Assembly (NCBI GenBank): GCA_963692865.2
Contig: OY843592.1
Span: 384,001-448,000, forward strand
Reading direction: 5' to 3'
DNA length: 64,000 nt
Source of the DNA: a bacterium
Lineage (GTDB): Bacteria > UBA8248
Shown here: positions 39,777-48,785 of the stretch, piece after piece
Position numbering within the stretch: the stretch's first letter is position 1
Layout: each line of letters opens with the position of its first letter
Notes under the pieces: model-generated
Databases searched by the model: none
What the model saw: the letters and a program-made list of their open reading frames with translations, nothing else
Told to the model about the DNA's origin: nothing
Program-made: the position numbers and the translations under genes

Positions 39777-42248
39777 ATTGTAGCTGATCGATGCCTGCGC
39801 GCAATCCACAACCCTTATAGCGCAGAGCCATGCGACGTTTTATTGTAGCTGATCGATGCCTGCGCGCAATCCACAACCTTACTTGCACGGTGTAGACACG
39901 ACCTGCTATTGTAGCTGATCGATGCCTGCGCGCAATCCACAACCGAAGCTTGCCAAGAGTGGCGATGAACGTTATTGTAGCTGATCGATGCCTGCGCGCA
40001 ATCCACAACTCCCCCTTTATTCTTGCCCCTTGTTTTTGATTGTAGCTGATCGATGCCTGCGCGCAATCCACAACTCGTTCCGTGTCCACCGCCAGGATCG
40101 GGTTATTGTAGCTGATCGATGCCTGCGCGCAATCCACAACCAAAGTTACGCTTTCCGAAAACGCGACGCATTGTAGCTGATCGATGCCTGCGCGCAATCC
40201 ACAACAATGACATTCGCCGGGTCGCTTTGGCGGCTATTGTAGCTGATCGATGCCTGCGCGCAATCCACAACTGGTGACGTCATACAACATTTATGACGGG
40301 AATTGTAGCTGATCGATGCCTGCGCGCAATCCACAACTGTGCAGGCCCGTACGAAGAATGGCCTGCATTGTAGCTGATCGATGCCTGCGCGCAATCCACA
40401 ACCCCATGACGAGGCCTTTGATTAGGCTTCCTATTGTAGCTGATCGATGCCTGCGCGCAATCCACAACTCCAGGCGAATTTCATACCCTCAATCACGCAT
40501 TGTAGCTGATCGATGCCTGCGCGCAATCCACAACTGGCCCGCCGTGAAGCCGATCCGGCGGCGGATTGTAGCTGATCGATGCCTGCGCGCAATCCACAAC
40601 CGAGGCGATGGAGGGGATGTCGCCACGATTATTGTAGCTGATCGATGCCTGCGCGCAATCCACAACTTTGACGTTGAGTTTCCGACTGAAACAATGAATT
40701 GTAGCTGATCGATGCCTGCGCGCAATCCACAACTTTGACGTTGAGTTTCCGACTGAAACAATGAATTGTAGCTGATCGATGCCTGCGCGCAATCCACAAC
40801 CCGGAAACATTCGGCCACCTTCCGCACGTATTGTAGCTGATCGATGCCTGCGCGCAATCCACAACCACGTCGTCAACGCCCGCGATGAGGGTTGCATTGT
40901 AGCTGATCGATGCCTGCGCGCAATCCACAACTTGAGCGCCCTCCTGCAACCCATGCCAACGATTGTAGCTGATCGATGCCTGCGCGCAATCCACAACTGT
41001 GTCGCTTTCGTTGTCTGCGGTAGCTCCATTGTAGCTGATCGATGCCTGCGCGCAATCCACAACTGTTCGCCACGGACAGCTTGCGCACGGCTTATTGTAG
41101 CTGATCGATGCCTGCGCGCAATCCACAACTAATTCTTCTACGCCCTAAGCACTCCGCCATTGTAGCTGATCGATGCCTGCGCGCAATCCACAACAAGAAC
41201 AGATCCGTATCCCGACACTTCGCGATTGTAGCTGATCGATGCCTGCGCGCAATCCACAACCACCACCATGATGTGCGCCGCATACAGCAATTGTAGCTGA
41301 TCGATGCCTGCGCGCAATCCACAACTAGATGCGGCCGACGACGTCGATCTCCATCATTGTAGCTGATCGATGCCTGCGCGCAATCCACAACCGCTCCGGC
41401 TCGGCTCCTCCTTCGACTATCATTGTAGCTGATCGATGCCTGCGCGCAATCCACAACAAGGCGCCAAGTACTATCCTGAGCTCTCTGATTGTAGCTGATC
41501 GATGCCTGCGCGCAATCCACAACTCTCAATCGGCTTTGGTGAAAACGCTCCGCATTGTAGCTGATCGATGCCTGCGCGCAATCCACAACTGATGAGGATA
41601 TAGTCATCACTGGCGCAAGATTGTAGCTGATCGATGCCTGCGCGCAATCCACAACAGAACAACACGAATTACCTCAAGGGATGGCATTGTAGCTGATCGA
41701 TGCCTGCGCGCAATCCACAACTCTATTGCGATTGGTATCATTATTGTTGCATTGTAGCTGATCGATGCCTGCGCGCAATCCACAACTGTGTTGCTTTCGT
41801 TGTTTGTGGGAGCTCCATTGTAGCTGATCGATGCCTGCGCGCAATCCACAACGCGGGCGCGATGACGCCAGCCGGAAGGGAGATTGTAGCTGATCGATGC
41901 CTGCGCGCAATCCACAACAATGAGCGCATCAGCCGCTTCGTGTAGTGGATTGTAGCTGATCGATGCCTGCGCGCAATCCACAACTCCATACCCATCACCC
42001 AAGCACCTTGAACAATTGTAGCTGATCGATGCCTGCGCGCAATCCACAACTAGGTTATTGTTGCGGCCCTACCCATGATGATTGTAGCTGATCGATGCCT
42101 GCGCGCAATCCACAACACCTCACGTCGCCGAGCGATGAAGAGGTCAATTGTAGCTGATCGATGCCTGCGCGCAATCCACAACGGATGGGCCGATGGGTTG
42201 CTGGCTATCATGATTGTAGCTGATCGATGCCTGCGCGCAATCCACAAC
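39777..42248 (-). CRISPR. Type II-C CRISPR array, 38 identical 36-nt repeats, 37 spacers (29-31 nt)
   Basis: Repeat (crRNA sense) GTTGTGGATTGCGCGCAGGCATCGATCAGCTACAAT; orientation inferred from tracrRNA pairing; repeats counted manually. Confidence 0.98.
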
Positions 42249-42249
42249 G

Positions 42250-42276
42250 GCTTTCAGTATTTATATCGTCATGGGG
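42250..42276 (-). promoter_or_regulatory. Putative array leader/promoter, copy 1
   Basis: CCCCATGACGATATAAATACTGAAAGC immediately 5' of the first repeat in crRNA sense; identical copy at 42437-42463. Confidence 0.55.
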
Positions 42277-43009
42277 TGGCGTCCTCCCACCCCCTGAAAC
42301 CCAACAAGCCATCGTCGCCGAAATCGAAGCCGAACAGGCCCTGGTCGAGAGGTGGCCGCAAACCACAGTTACTTTGACGACTGGCGCAGGCCCAATTAAA
42401 GTGTAGCAAGTCGAGAGGTGGCCGCAAACCACAGTCGCTTTCAGTATTTATATCGTCATGGGGAGAGGCGTTCTGGACTTTCTCCGGGTCCAGTTTCGCC
42501 AGAATCTCGAAGCTGTGCGCTCCCTTGTTGTAGCATTGTTTCTGGGTGTTGCGAGTGGCATCTTTCAGGCCCTTCTCGATATTACCTTTGGCGATTTGCT
42601 CAATCCGTAGATTTTGCGGGAGCGCATTCTCCCGGTAGCCCTGACCAAAGAATTCCTTTAGCGCATCCTTATCGGCCAGAAACCACGACTCCACGATTTG
42701 CACCATGAGGTGGCACTGGTTGTCCGCCGCGCCCTCGGGACGGGGCCATCCGTCGCGTTTGTTGAGGTGTCGCCATGATCCTGCTTCATTCACCGGTTCC
42801 TCGGCATCTACGAGAAGCATGGCGCTTCCTTGTTGATGGGCGACCACGAAATCATTGTATGCGTTGCCACGACCGCCGCAGGCTACGATTCTGGGCATCA
42901 TTCCAGCCAAACCCGCCTTCTCGATGAAAGTCCGAAAACCTTCGCGGCACGCCGTCCTCAGAATTTTGCCGTCGCCGCCGCCTTCCACACAGAGCTTGAT
43001 GCTCACCAC
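42269..43009 (-). CDS. DUF4276 family (TOPRIM-like) protein; native C-terminus replaced by CRISPR-derived sequence
   Basis: VEGGGD, IVACGGR..AY.DF, LLVDAE, HLMVQIVESWFLAD, YNKGAHS; after ...NASP the frame runs through leader and mini-array. Confidence 0.8.
   Translation of the reverse strand: MVSIKLCVEGGGDGKILRTACREGFRTFIEKAGLAGMMPRIVACGGRGNAYNDFVVAHQQGSAMLLVDAEEPVNEAGSWRHLNKRDGWPRPEGAADNQCHLMVQIVESWFLADKDALKEFFGQGYRENALPQNLRIEQIAKGNIEKGLKDATRNTQKQCYNKGAHSFEILAKLDPEKVQNASPHDDINTESDCGLRPPLDLLHFNWACASRQSNCGLRPPLDQGLFGFDFGDDGLLGFRGWEDATP
42281..42349 (+). pseudogene. Type I R-M specificity subunit (HsdS-like) fragment
   Basis: VLPPPETQQAIVAEIEAEQALVE matches the conserved LPP.E.Q..IV..IE helix of HsdS/N6-methylase fusions. 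Confidence 0.65.
42344..42435 (-). CRISPR. Second CRISPR mini-array with a different repeat (1 full + 1 truncated repeat, 1 spacer)
   Basis: Repeat ACTGTGGTTTGCGGCCACCTCTCGACTTGCTACACT (42400-42435), 30-nt spacer 42370-42399, identical 26-nt partial repeat 42344-42369; 66-nt period. Confidence 0.8.
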
Positions 43010-44202
43010 CTGTTTCCTCCGATATCCCCGCGTGTCCAGAGTTCGCCGAGGCGGTATTTATCGAGCCAGGGTTCGAGTTCGTTTGCGTCGAGGCGGTGAA
43101 GCCGCGTGGCGCCTTCGGACTTCTCGCAGACGACGATGGCTTCCGGCGTGTCCGTGAGCGCATCCACGAGAACGTCGGAGTGCGTCGTTACGAAAATCTG
43201 GCTGCGCGATGACGCCTCGACGAGTAGTTTCGCCACTTCCGGGATGATGTCCGGATGCAGCCCGATCTCCGGCTCCTCGATGCAGACGACCGGCGGCGGG
43301 TCGGGGTGGCAGAGCACGGCGAGCAGGCACAGGTAGCGCAGGCTCCCGTCCGAGAGCCGCGTGGCGGGCACGGAATGTTGCAGGTCTTCTTCGTGGAGGA
43401 ATATCTGCACCTCGCCGGTCGCTATGTCAGTAGTGACATCCCCTATTGATTGATAGAAGGTTCTCAAATGTTCCAGTATCTGGCGTTTTAGGGGAGGGCG
43501 GTTCAACAGATCGTTCAGAACCAAAGCGAGGTTCGAGGCGTCCTCCAGAAGATTTTTCTTTGGCAGGTCGGTTCGCCCCGGACTGCGCGGCGGCTCGCCG
43601 TGCTCGAAACTCCATTCGCGATAGAAGCGCATACGCTCGAATTCATCGGCCAGATAGGTCAACTCGGGATAAGAATCGGGGTCTCGCCGCTGTGAGAGAA
43701 TCGACTGGTCGTACTTTACGTCTTCTCGCTTGAGATGTCGTTTGTGACCGGGTTCCTCCTCAGTGAAAACATTGAGCGCCGGATGGCCGTCTTGATAGCG
43801 GTAGTAGAAAAAAGGATCTTGTTTGTCTGGTGTCGGTTTCTCGTTCTCCACGGCCTCGTCTTTGAGTTCGAAACGCGATCCGGATTCCGTGAACGACAGT
43901 CGATATCTGAGGGGCTGCTGTCCCTTTGGGTATTCGAGGGTAGCGTCCACGGTCGCCTTGCCGGGTTCGTGCGTTCCCTTCCAGAGCCAATGGCGGACGC
44001 CTCCCCCAGTCCGAATCGGCTCTTGAAGCTCTTTGCCGGGTGCGGCGGCGAGAAGGGATAGCGCTTCGATCAGGTTCGACTTACCCGAAGCGTTCGGCCC
44101 GATGAGGACGTTGAGCGGCTCCAGGGGAAACTCTTCGGACGAAGGGCCGTAGGAGAGGACGTTCTCCAGGCGGATCGTCCGAATGAACCTCCTGCCCTCC
44201 AT
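43003..44202 (-). CDS. AAA/ABC-family ATPase (AAA_21-like)
   Basis: IGPNASGKSNLIEAL, LSDGSLR, IEEPEIGLHPD, FVTTHS; stop overlaps DUF4276 start. Confidence 0.9.
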   Translation of the reverse strand: MEGRRFIRTIRLENVLSYGPSSEEFPLEPLNVLIGPNASGKSNLIEALSLLAAAPGKELQEPIRTGGGVRHWLWKGTHEPGKATVDATLEYPKGQQPLRYRLSFTESGSRFELKDEAVENEKPTPDKQDPFFYYRYQDGHPALNVFTEEEPGHKRHLKREDVKYDQSILSQRRDPDSYPELTYLADEFERMRFYREWSFEHGEPPRSPGRTDLPKKNLLEDASNLALVLNDLLNRPPLKRQILEHLRTFYQSIGDVTTDIATGEVQIFLHEEDLQHSVPATRLSDGSLRYLCLLAVLCHPDPPPVVCIEEPEIGLHPDIIPEVAKLLVEASSRSQIFVTTHSDVLVDALTDTPEAIVVCEKSEGATRLHRLDANELEPWLDKYRLGELWTRGDIGGNRW

Positions 44203-44546
44203 GCTCTGCTCTCCCCGGGTTCGCCACAACTGAATCAGGATCATTTTCGGGAACAGGATAGCATACGCGGGCGTATAACCCACCAGCCGCGCGGCTCACA
44301 ATCGGAGGGTCGCCTCGCCCGGCGATTTTTCGCTTATCGGTTGGAATCGCCCCGCCTATTTCAGGATACGCCGCCGATATTTCGCGTTAAAGCCGGGTTT
44401 TTCCCCGTCCGCAAAGCAGGGCGGTTCGCGAACCGCCCTTGCGGGACGCCGGACGAGAGGGTTCCGGCCCGACGGGCGAAGCCGCGCGCGGGGGCAATCC
44501 CCGCCCCGCCCGATCAGGCCCTTCGGTACAAACGCTCCTTTCTCGG

Positions 44547-44770
44547 GGTTGTTGAAAAAGCCCTTGCGGGCCGGTCGGTATCTCACCGTAGGGGCCGCAT
44601 ATCATGCGGCCCTGCCTTTTCGCCTTCACAATACGGGTCGCATGATATGTCAGACATATATGTCTGACCTACGGGTAAAACGTGGTTGATGCGAGAGGGA
44701 TAGGTTTTTCAACAACCCCTTGTCAGGGGGGTGGAAGCGACGCCCCCGGCGAGGGGTTTTTCAACTACCC
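44547..44770. mobile_element. MITE-like element with REP cargo
   Basis: GGTTGTTGAAAAAGCC...GGTTTTTCAACAACC with GTAGGGGCCGCATATCATGCGGCC / GGTCGCATGATATGTCAGACATATATGTCTGACCTAC. Confidence 0.7.
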
Positions 44771-45166
44771 CTTATCGGCTGGAATTGGCCCGCCCGTTCC
44801 GGGATACGCCGCGGATGTTTCGCGTTAAAGTCGTGATTGACTCGCAAAAGCGGCGTGAATTTCAAGCCGCGCATTTCCCCGCAATTGCCGTGTCCAAGTT
44901 TTCGCGCGCGCGGGCGATACTCCCGCGCGGGGAATCGACCCCGGTTGACGGGCAGGGGATTGCCGATCAAGGAGCGGGGGGCGCCGTTCCCGTCGATGGA
45001 GGAGGAGAAAATGATGCGAGCGGTTCGGTCGTCGATGCGCTCCCGGGCGGGGCGCTCCCTCCCCGGCCGGGCGTGCGCCGACTCCGGGAGGAGGACGAAC
45101 GGCGGCCGCTCCCTGCCCGGCGGACCGCGAGCCCCCGCTCATCCGGCCCGGTTCGGCCCCCGCGCG

Positions 45167-45270
45167 GAATTCCTGAAAAATTGTATAAATTCGGATAAAT
45201 TCACGACGTTTTCCGATAAATTCCTGAAAACTTATCTTATTGAATCATAAAGGGTTATGCCGAAACCGGG
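45167..45270. repeat. 104-bp AT-rich inverted repeat, left copy
   Basis: 100/104 identical to the reverse complement of 55191-55294. Confidence 0.9.
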
Positions 45271-45285
45271 CCTGAACGGCGCGCC

Positions 45286-46155
45286 TCAGCGGCCAAGAGC
45301 CACGGCGGCCATGCCCGCCACCGTGACGCATACGCCGAGGACGAGCCGGGGCCGCACGCGCGTCATGTCGCGCAGCATGAGGACGGTGAACAGCACCGAG
45401 AAGATGGGCATCGAGGCGATGATGGGGCCGACCACGCTGACCTCGGCGTCCATGAGGGCGAGGTTGTAGAGGAGCTGGTTGCCCGAGTTCAGCACGCCGA
45501 CCAGGATGATCGTCACGACCGCCCAGCGCGGCCCCCAGTCGAACAGCGCGGGCGGGGAGACGAGCCGGAGGCCGCAGATGATGGGGATGCTCACCATGTT
45601 CGACCACGCGACCGTGAGCGCGACGTTCGGCATGGCGTCCAGGCCCTTCTTGCGGATGAACACGCTCACGCCCAGCGAGACCGCGCTCGCGAAACCCCAG
45701 AGGATCCCCGGCCGGAACCAGCGCCCCCGGGCGGGTTCGTAGCTCACCAGGACGACGCCCGCCACAACGAGGCCCGTGCCCGCCAGAACGGCCGGGCCGG
45801 GCTGCTCGCCCAGGAAGAGGACGGCCAGGGACAGGCTGAGCAGGGGGGAGGCGCTCATGAGCGTCATCAGCCTCGGCGGGCCGATGGAATCAATCGCCTT
45901 GTAGTAGACGAGCCGCCCGTAGCTGTAGGCGGTGACGCCCAGAAGGGCGAACCAGAGCATGCCTTCGAGCGTTACGTCCTCAGGGTCGTATTCCCACCAG
46001 CCGAAGAGGGCCAGGACGAGCATGTTGAAGACGTTGGTGAGCAGGGTGGCGGACATCAGGCCCATATGCCGCAGGGGCCGCGCGGCGAGGACACCCGTGA
46101 ACGCCGCCATGATCGCCGCCGCCAGCGCCCAGACGACCCCCATCGTATTGTCCAT
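45286..46155 (-). CDS. DMT/EamA family transporter
   Basis: About 10 TM segments, two EamA repeats, AVLFLGE motif. Confidence 0.85.
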   Translation of the reverse strand: MDNTMGVVWALAAAIMAAFTGVLAARPLRHMGLMSATLLTNVFNMLVLALFGWWEYDPEDVTLEGMLWFALLGVTAYSYGRLVYYKAIDSIGPPRLMTLMSASPLLSLSLAVLFLGEQPGPAVLAGTGLVVAGVVLVSYEPARGRWFRPGILWGFASAVSLGVSVFIRKKGLDAMPNVALTVAWSNMVSIPIICGLRLVSPPALFDWGPRWAVVTIILVGVLNSGNQLLYNLALMDAEVSVVGPIIASMPIFSVLFTVLMLRDMTRVRPRLVLGVCVTVAGMAAVALGR

Positions 46156-46162
46156 GGCCGGA

Positions 46163-47038
46163 TCAGCCGTGCCGGCCGACGCTCACGGCCACGATGCCCA
46201 GCACGGCGATGAAAATCCCCAGAACCACGCGCGCGTTCAGGCGTTCGATGTCGCGCAGGAACAAGGCCGAGAGGCACAGGGCGAAAATCGGCGTGCTGCT
46301 CAGGATGGGAACCGCCAGCGAGAGCTTCCCCTGGAGAGAGAGGTTGATGAGGATCTGCATCAGCCCGTTGATCGTCGTCCCGAAGACCAGCAGCGGTACG
46401 TAGCGCTTCGAGCCCCACTCGAAATACCGCTTCGGGAGAAAATGCCGCAAGGCCTCGGAAGTCGGGATGGCGACCATGGCCGACCAGGCGGTGAGCAGGG
46501 CGGGCGCCGCCATGTGGGACATTCCCTGCTTGCGCATGAACGCGCTGGCGACCAGCATGAGCATGCTCATGAGCGACCAGCCGACGCCAGCGCGGAACCA
46601 CCTGCCGCCCGAGGGCTCGTAGCTCACGGCGGCTACGCCCAGGACGACGAGGATCGTTCCGAGCAAAACCCACCGGCCGGGTTCTTCCCCCAGGAAGATG
46701 ACGGCCAGAATCAGGCTGGGAAGCGGGACCATGCTCGTGATGGTGATGTGGCGCGAGGGGCCGACGATGTTCATGCCGGTGTAGAAGACCCAGCGGTTGA
46801 TGCTGTAGTTCATCACGCCCAGAACGCCGAACCAGGCGAACGCCTCCCAGCGGAAACTCCCCGGCTCGTAGAGCCAGAAGCCGACGGCCCCCAGCATGAT
46901 GGTGTTGCCCACGTTGTTGAACTGGGCCAGGGCGAACGAACCCATCTGGCGCAGGGCGGGCGCGAAGGTGATGTTCGCCGCCGCGCTGACGAAGGCCGCC
47001 GAAATGGCGAGCAGAATGGTTTGGGATTCGAGACTCAT
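46163..47038 (-). CDS. DMT/EamA family transporter (tandem paralog)
   Basis: Same architecture, shared SYEP..GRWFR motif with the neighbour. Confidence 0.85.
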   Translation of the reverse strand: MSLESQTILLAISAAFVSAAANITFAPALRQMGSFALAQFNNVGNTIMLGAVGFWLYEPGSFRWEAFAWFGVLGVMNYSINRWVFYTGMNIVGPSRHITITSMVPLPSLILAVIFLGEEPGRWVLLGTILVVLGVAAVSYEPSGGRWFRAGVGWSLMSMLMLVASAFMRKQGMSHMAAPALLTAWSAMVAIPTSEALRHFLPKRYFEWGSKRYVPLLVFGTTINGLMQILINLSLQGKLSLAVPILSSTPIFALCLSALFLRDIERLNARVVLGIFIAVLGIVAVSVGRHG

Positions 47039-47310
47039 ACGCTCATCGTTTCAAGTCAGGAAACTCTCACGGGTGACGCCGTGGCCGATCGTTCTCGGGC
47101 GATGGAGAGAATATCCCTCCACCCGCCCCGCGTCGATGCGGACAGCCGGGAATTGCATCGCTTCAGGCGCACGAATCCGCACCAAAGCGATAATCAAGCT
47201 TTTTTCAGCTATTTGTCCATTTTCACATGGATGGAACTTTGGTATATCTAAAACCAGTGTTGTGGTGTTTGCCGCCGCCGACATGTCCGATGCGTAGAGA
47301 AGGGAAAAAA

Positions 47311-48783
47311 ATGCGGAATTCTCCTTATCTTCCAAAACTCGAACCGGTGGGTTCAACCTGCGTTCTCGTCCCGATATTCCTCGGTCTGGCCTTGCTTCTC
47401 GCGCCGGTAAAGGCCCAATCCGCAGCTGTCGCGGGAGGGCTCCGGTCCCTGGCCGACCTGGCCGAAAAACTCAGCCCCTCGGTGGTGAACATCAGTACGG
47501 AAACCAAGATTGAAACGAGTTCAAGAGGCGAATTCCCGGGGTTTCCCGGCGATTTGTGGAACGAATTTTTCAGACGCTTTCATGAAGGACCCTTCCGCCC
47601 GGGACCGCGGGGTGGTTTGAGGCCGCGACCCAGACAACAGAACATGGGCTCGGGCTTCATCGTGAATGAAAACGGGCTGATCATCACGAATAATCACGTC
47701 GTAGAAAAGGCATCGAAAATAACGATCCGCTTCAAGGACCAAAAGAAACGGAAAGCGAAGGTCGTCGGCCGCGACCCCCAAACCGATATCGCGCTACTGC
47801 AGGTGGAAACGAAACCCGGGGATACGTTCACCGCGGCGAAGCTGGGCGACAGCGAGAAACTTCGCGTAGGCGACTGGGTGATGGCCATCGGCAATCCGTT
47901 CGGATTGTCCCACACGGTGACGGCCGGCATCGTCAGCGCCAAAGGCCGCGTCATCGGCTCGGGCAGATTCGACAACTTCATTCAAACCGATGCCTCCATC
48001 AATCCGGGAAACAGCGGCGGGCCGCTCTTCGATTTGAACGGAAACGTCGTGGGCATCAACACCGCCATCTTCAGCAGAGGCGGCGGCAACATCGGCATCG
48101 GTTTCGCCATACCGATCAACATGGCGAAGAAGCTGCTCCCCCAGCTTCGCACGGGCGTGGTGACCCGAGGATTTCTGGGCGTGAACATTCAGCCCGTCAA
48201 TGAAAGCCTGGCGAAAGAGTTGGGCCTGAAAAAACCCCGGGGCGCTCTGGTCTCTAACGTTATTGAAAACGCGCCTGCGAAAAAAGCCGGCATCAAAAGA
48301 GGTGACGTGATCGTAGGCATCAATGAGAAAAAAATTGAAAACCCCCGTCAACTCTCCCTTGCTGCGGCCGACTTGAAGCCGGGCTCCATCGCCAAAGTCG
48401 ATATTATTCGAGACGGCGAAAAACGTTTGGTGAAGCTGAAAGTCGCCAAGTTGCCTGGTTCTTCGGAAGAAGTAGCGAAAGCCTCAAAACCCGCGCTTCA
48501 GAGAAAACTGGGCATCGAGGCGCAAAACATGACCCCTGAAATCAGAAAGCAAATCGGAGCGAAAGCGAAGAAAGGCGTTGTCATCTCCAACGTTTTGCCG
48601 GATAGTCCTGCTGAGATGGCTGGCTTGCGCCGGGGTGACGTCATCTTGGAAGCCAACCGCAAGGCGGTTGCCAACACGGAACAGTTGCGAGAAGCGCTCA
48701 AAAAAGGAGAAAACAAGGGGAATCTGCTGGTCGTCGAGCGGCGAGGCACGACGTTCTACGTGGCATTGGAAGGGAAGGGGTAA
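47311..48783 (+). CDS. Do/DegP/DegQ family serine endoprotease
   Basis: GSGFI, TNNHVV, DIALL, IQTDASINPGNSGGPL, two PDZ domains. Confidence 0.95.
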   Translation: MRNSPYLPKLEPVGSTCVLVPIFLGLALLLAPVKAQSAAVAGGLRSLADLAEKLSPSVVNISTETKIETSSRGEFPGFPGDLWNEFFRRFHEGPFRPGPRGGLRPRPRQQNMGSGFIVNENGLIITNNHVVEKASKITIRFKDQKKRKAKVVGRDPQTDIALLQVETKPGDTFTAAKLGDSEKLRVGDWVMAIGNPFGLSHTVTAGIVSAKGRVIGSGRFDNFIQTDASINPGNSGGPLFDLNGNVVGINTAIFSRGGGNIGIGFAIPINMAKKLLPQLRTGVVTRGFLGVNIQPVNESLAKELGLKKPRGALVSNVIENAPAKKAGIKRGDVIVGINEKKIENPRQLSLAAADLKPGSIAKVDIIRDGEKRLVKLKVAKLPGSSEEVAKASKPALQRKLGIEAQNMTPEIRKQIGAKAKKGVVISNVLPDSPAEMAGLRRGDVILEANRKAVANTEQLREALKKGENKGNLLVVERRGTTFYVALEGKG

Positions 48784-48785
48784 CT

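Noticed and set aside
39813-42212. Self-targeting spacers within the window
   Set aside because: No convincing match seen by eye; a BLASTn against the genome is needed.
39777-42248. Neisseria-type extended -10 promoters in each main repeat
   Set aside because: Repeats end AGCTACAAT, lacking the TG of TGnTACAAT, so repeat-driven transcription cannot be asserted.
39712-42377. Many ORFs with repeating LWIARRHRSAT / VDCAQASISYN / IVADRCLRAIHN motifs
   Set aside because: They are translations of the CRISPR repeat, not proteins.
42370-42399. Mini-array spacer targeting the cas9 promoter (TACTTT at about 35465)
   Set aside because: Only a 6-nt match, expected by chance.
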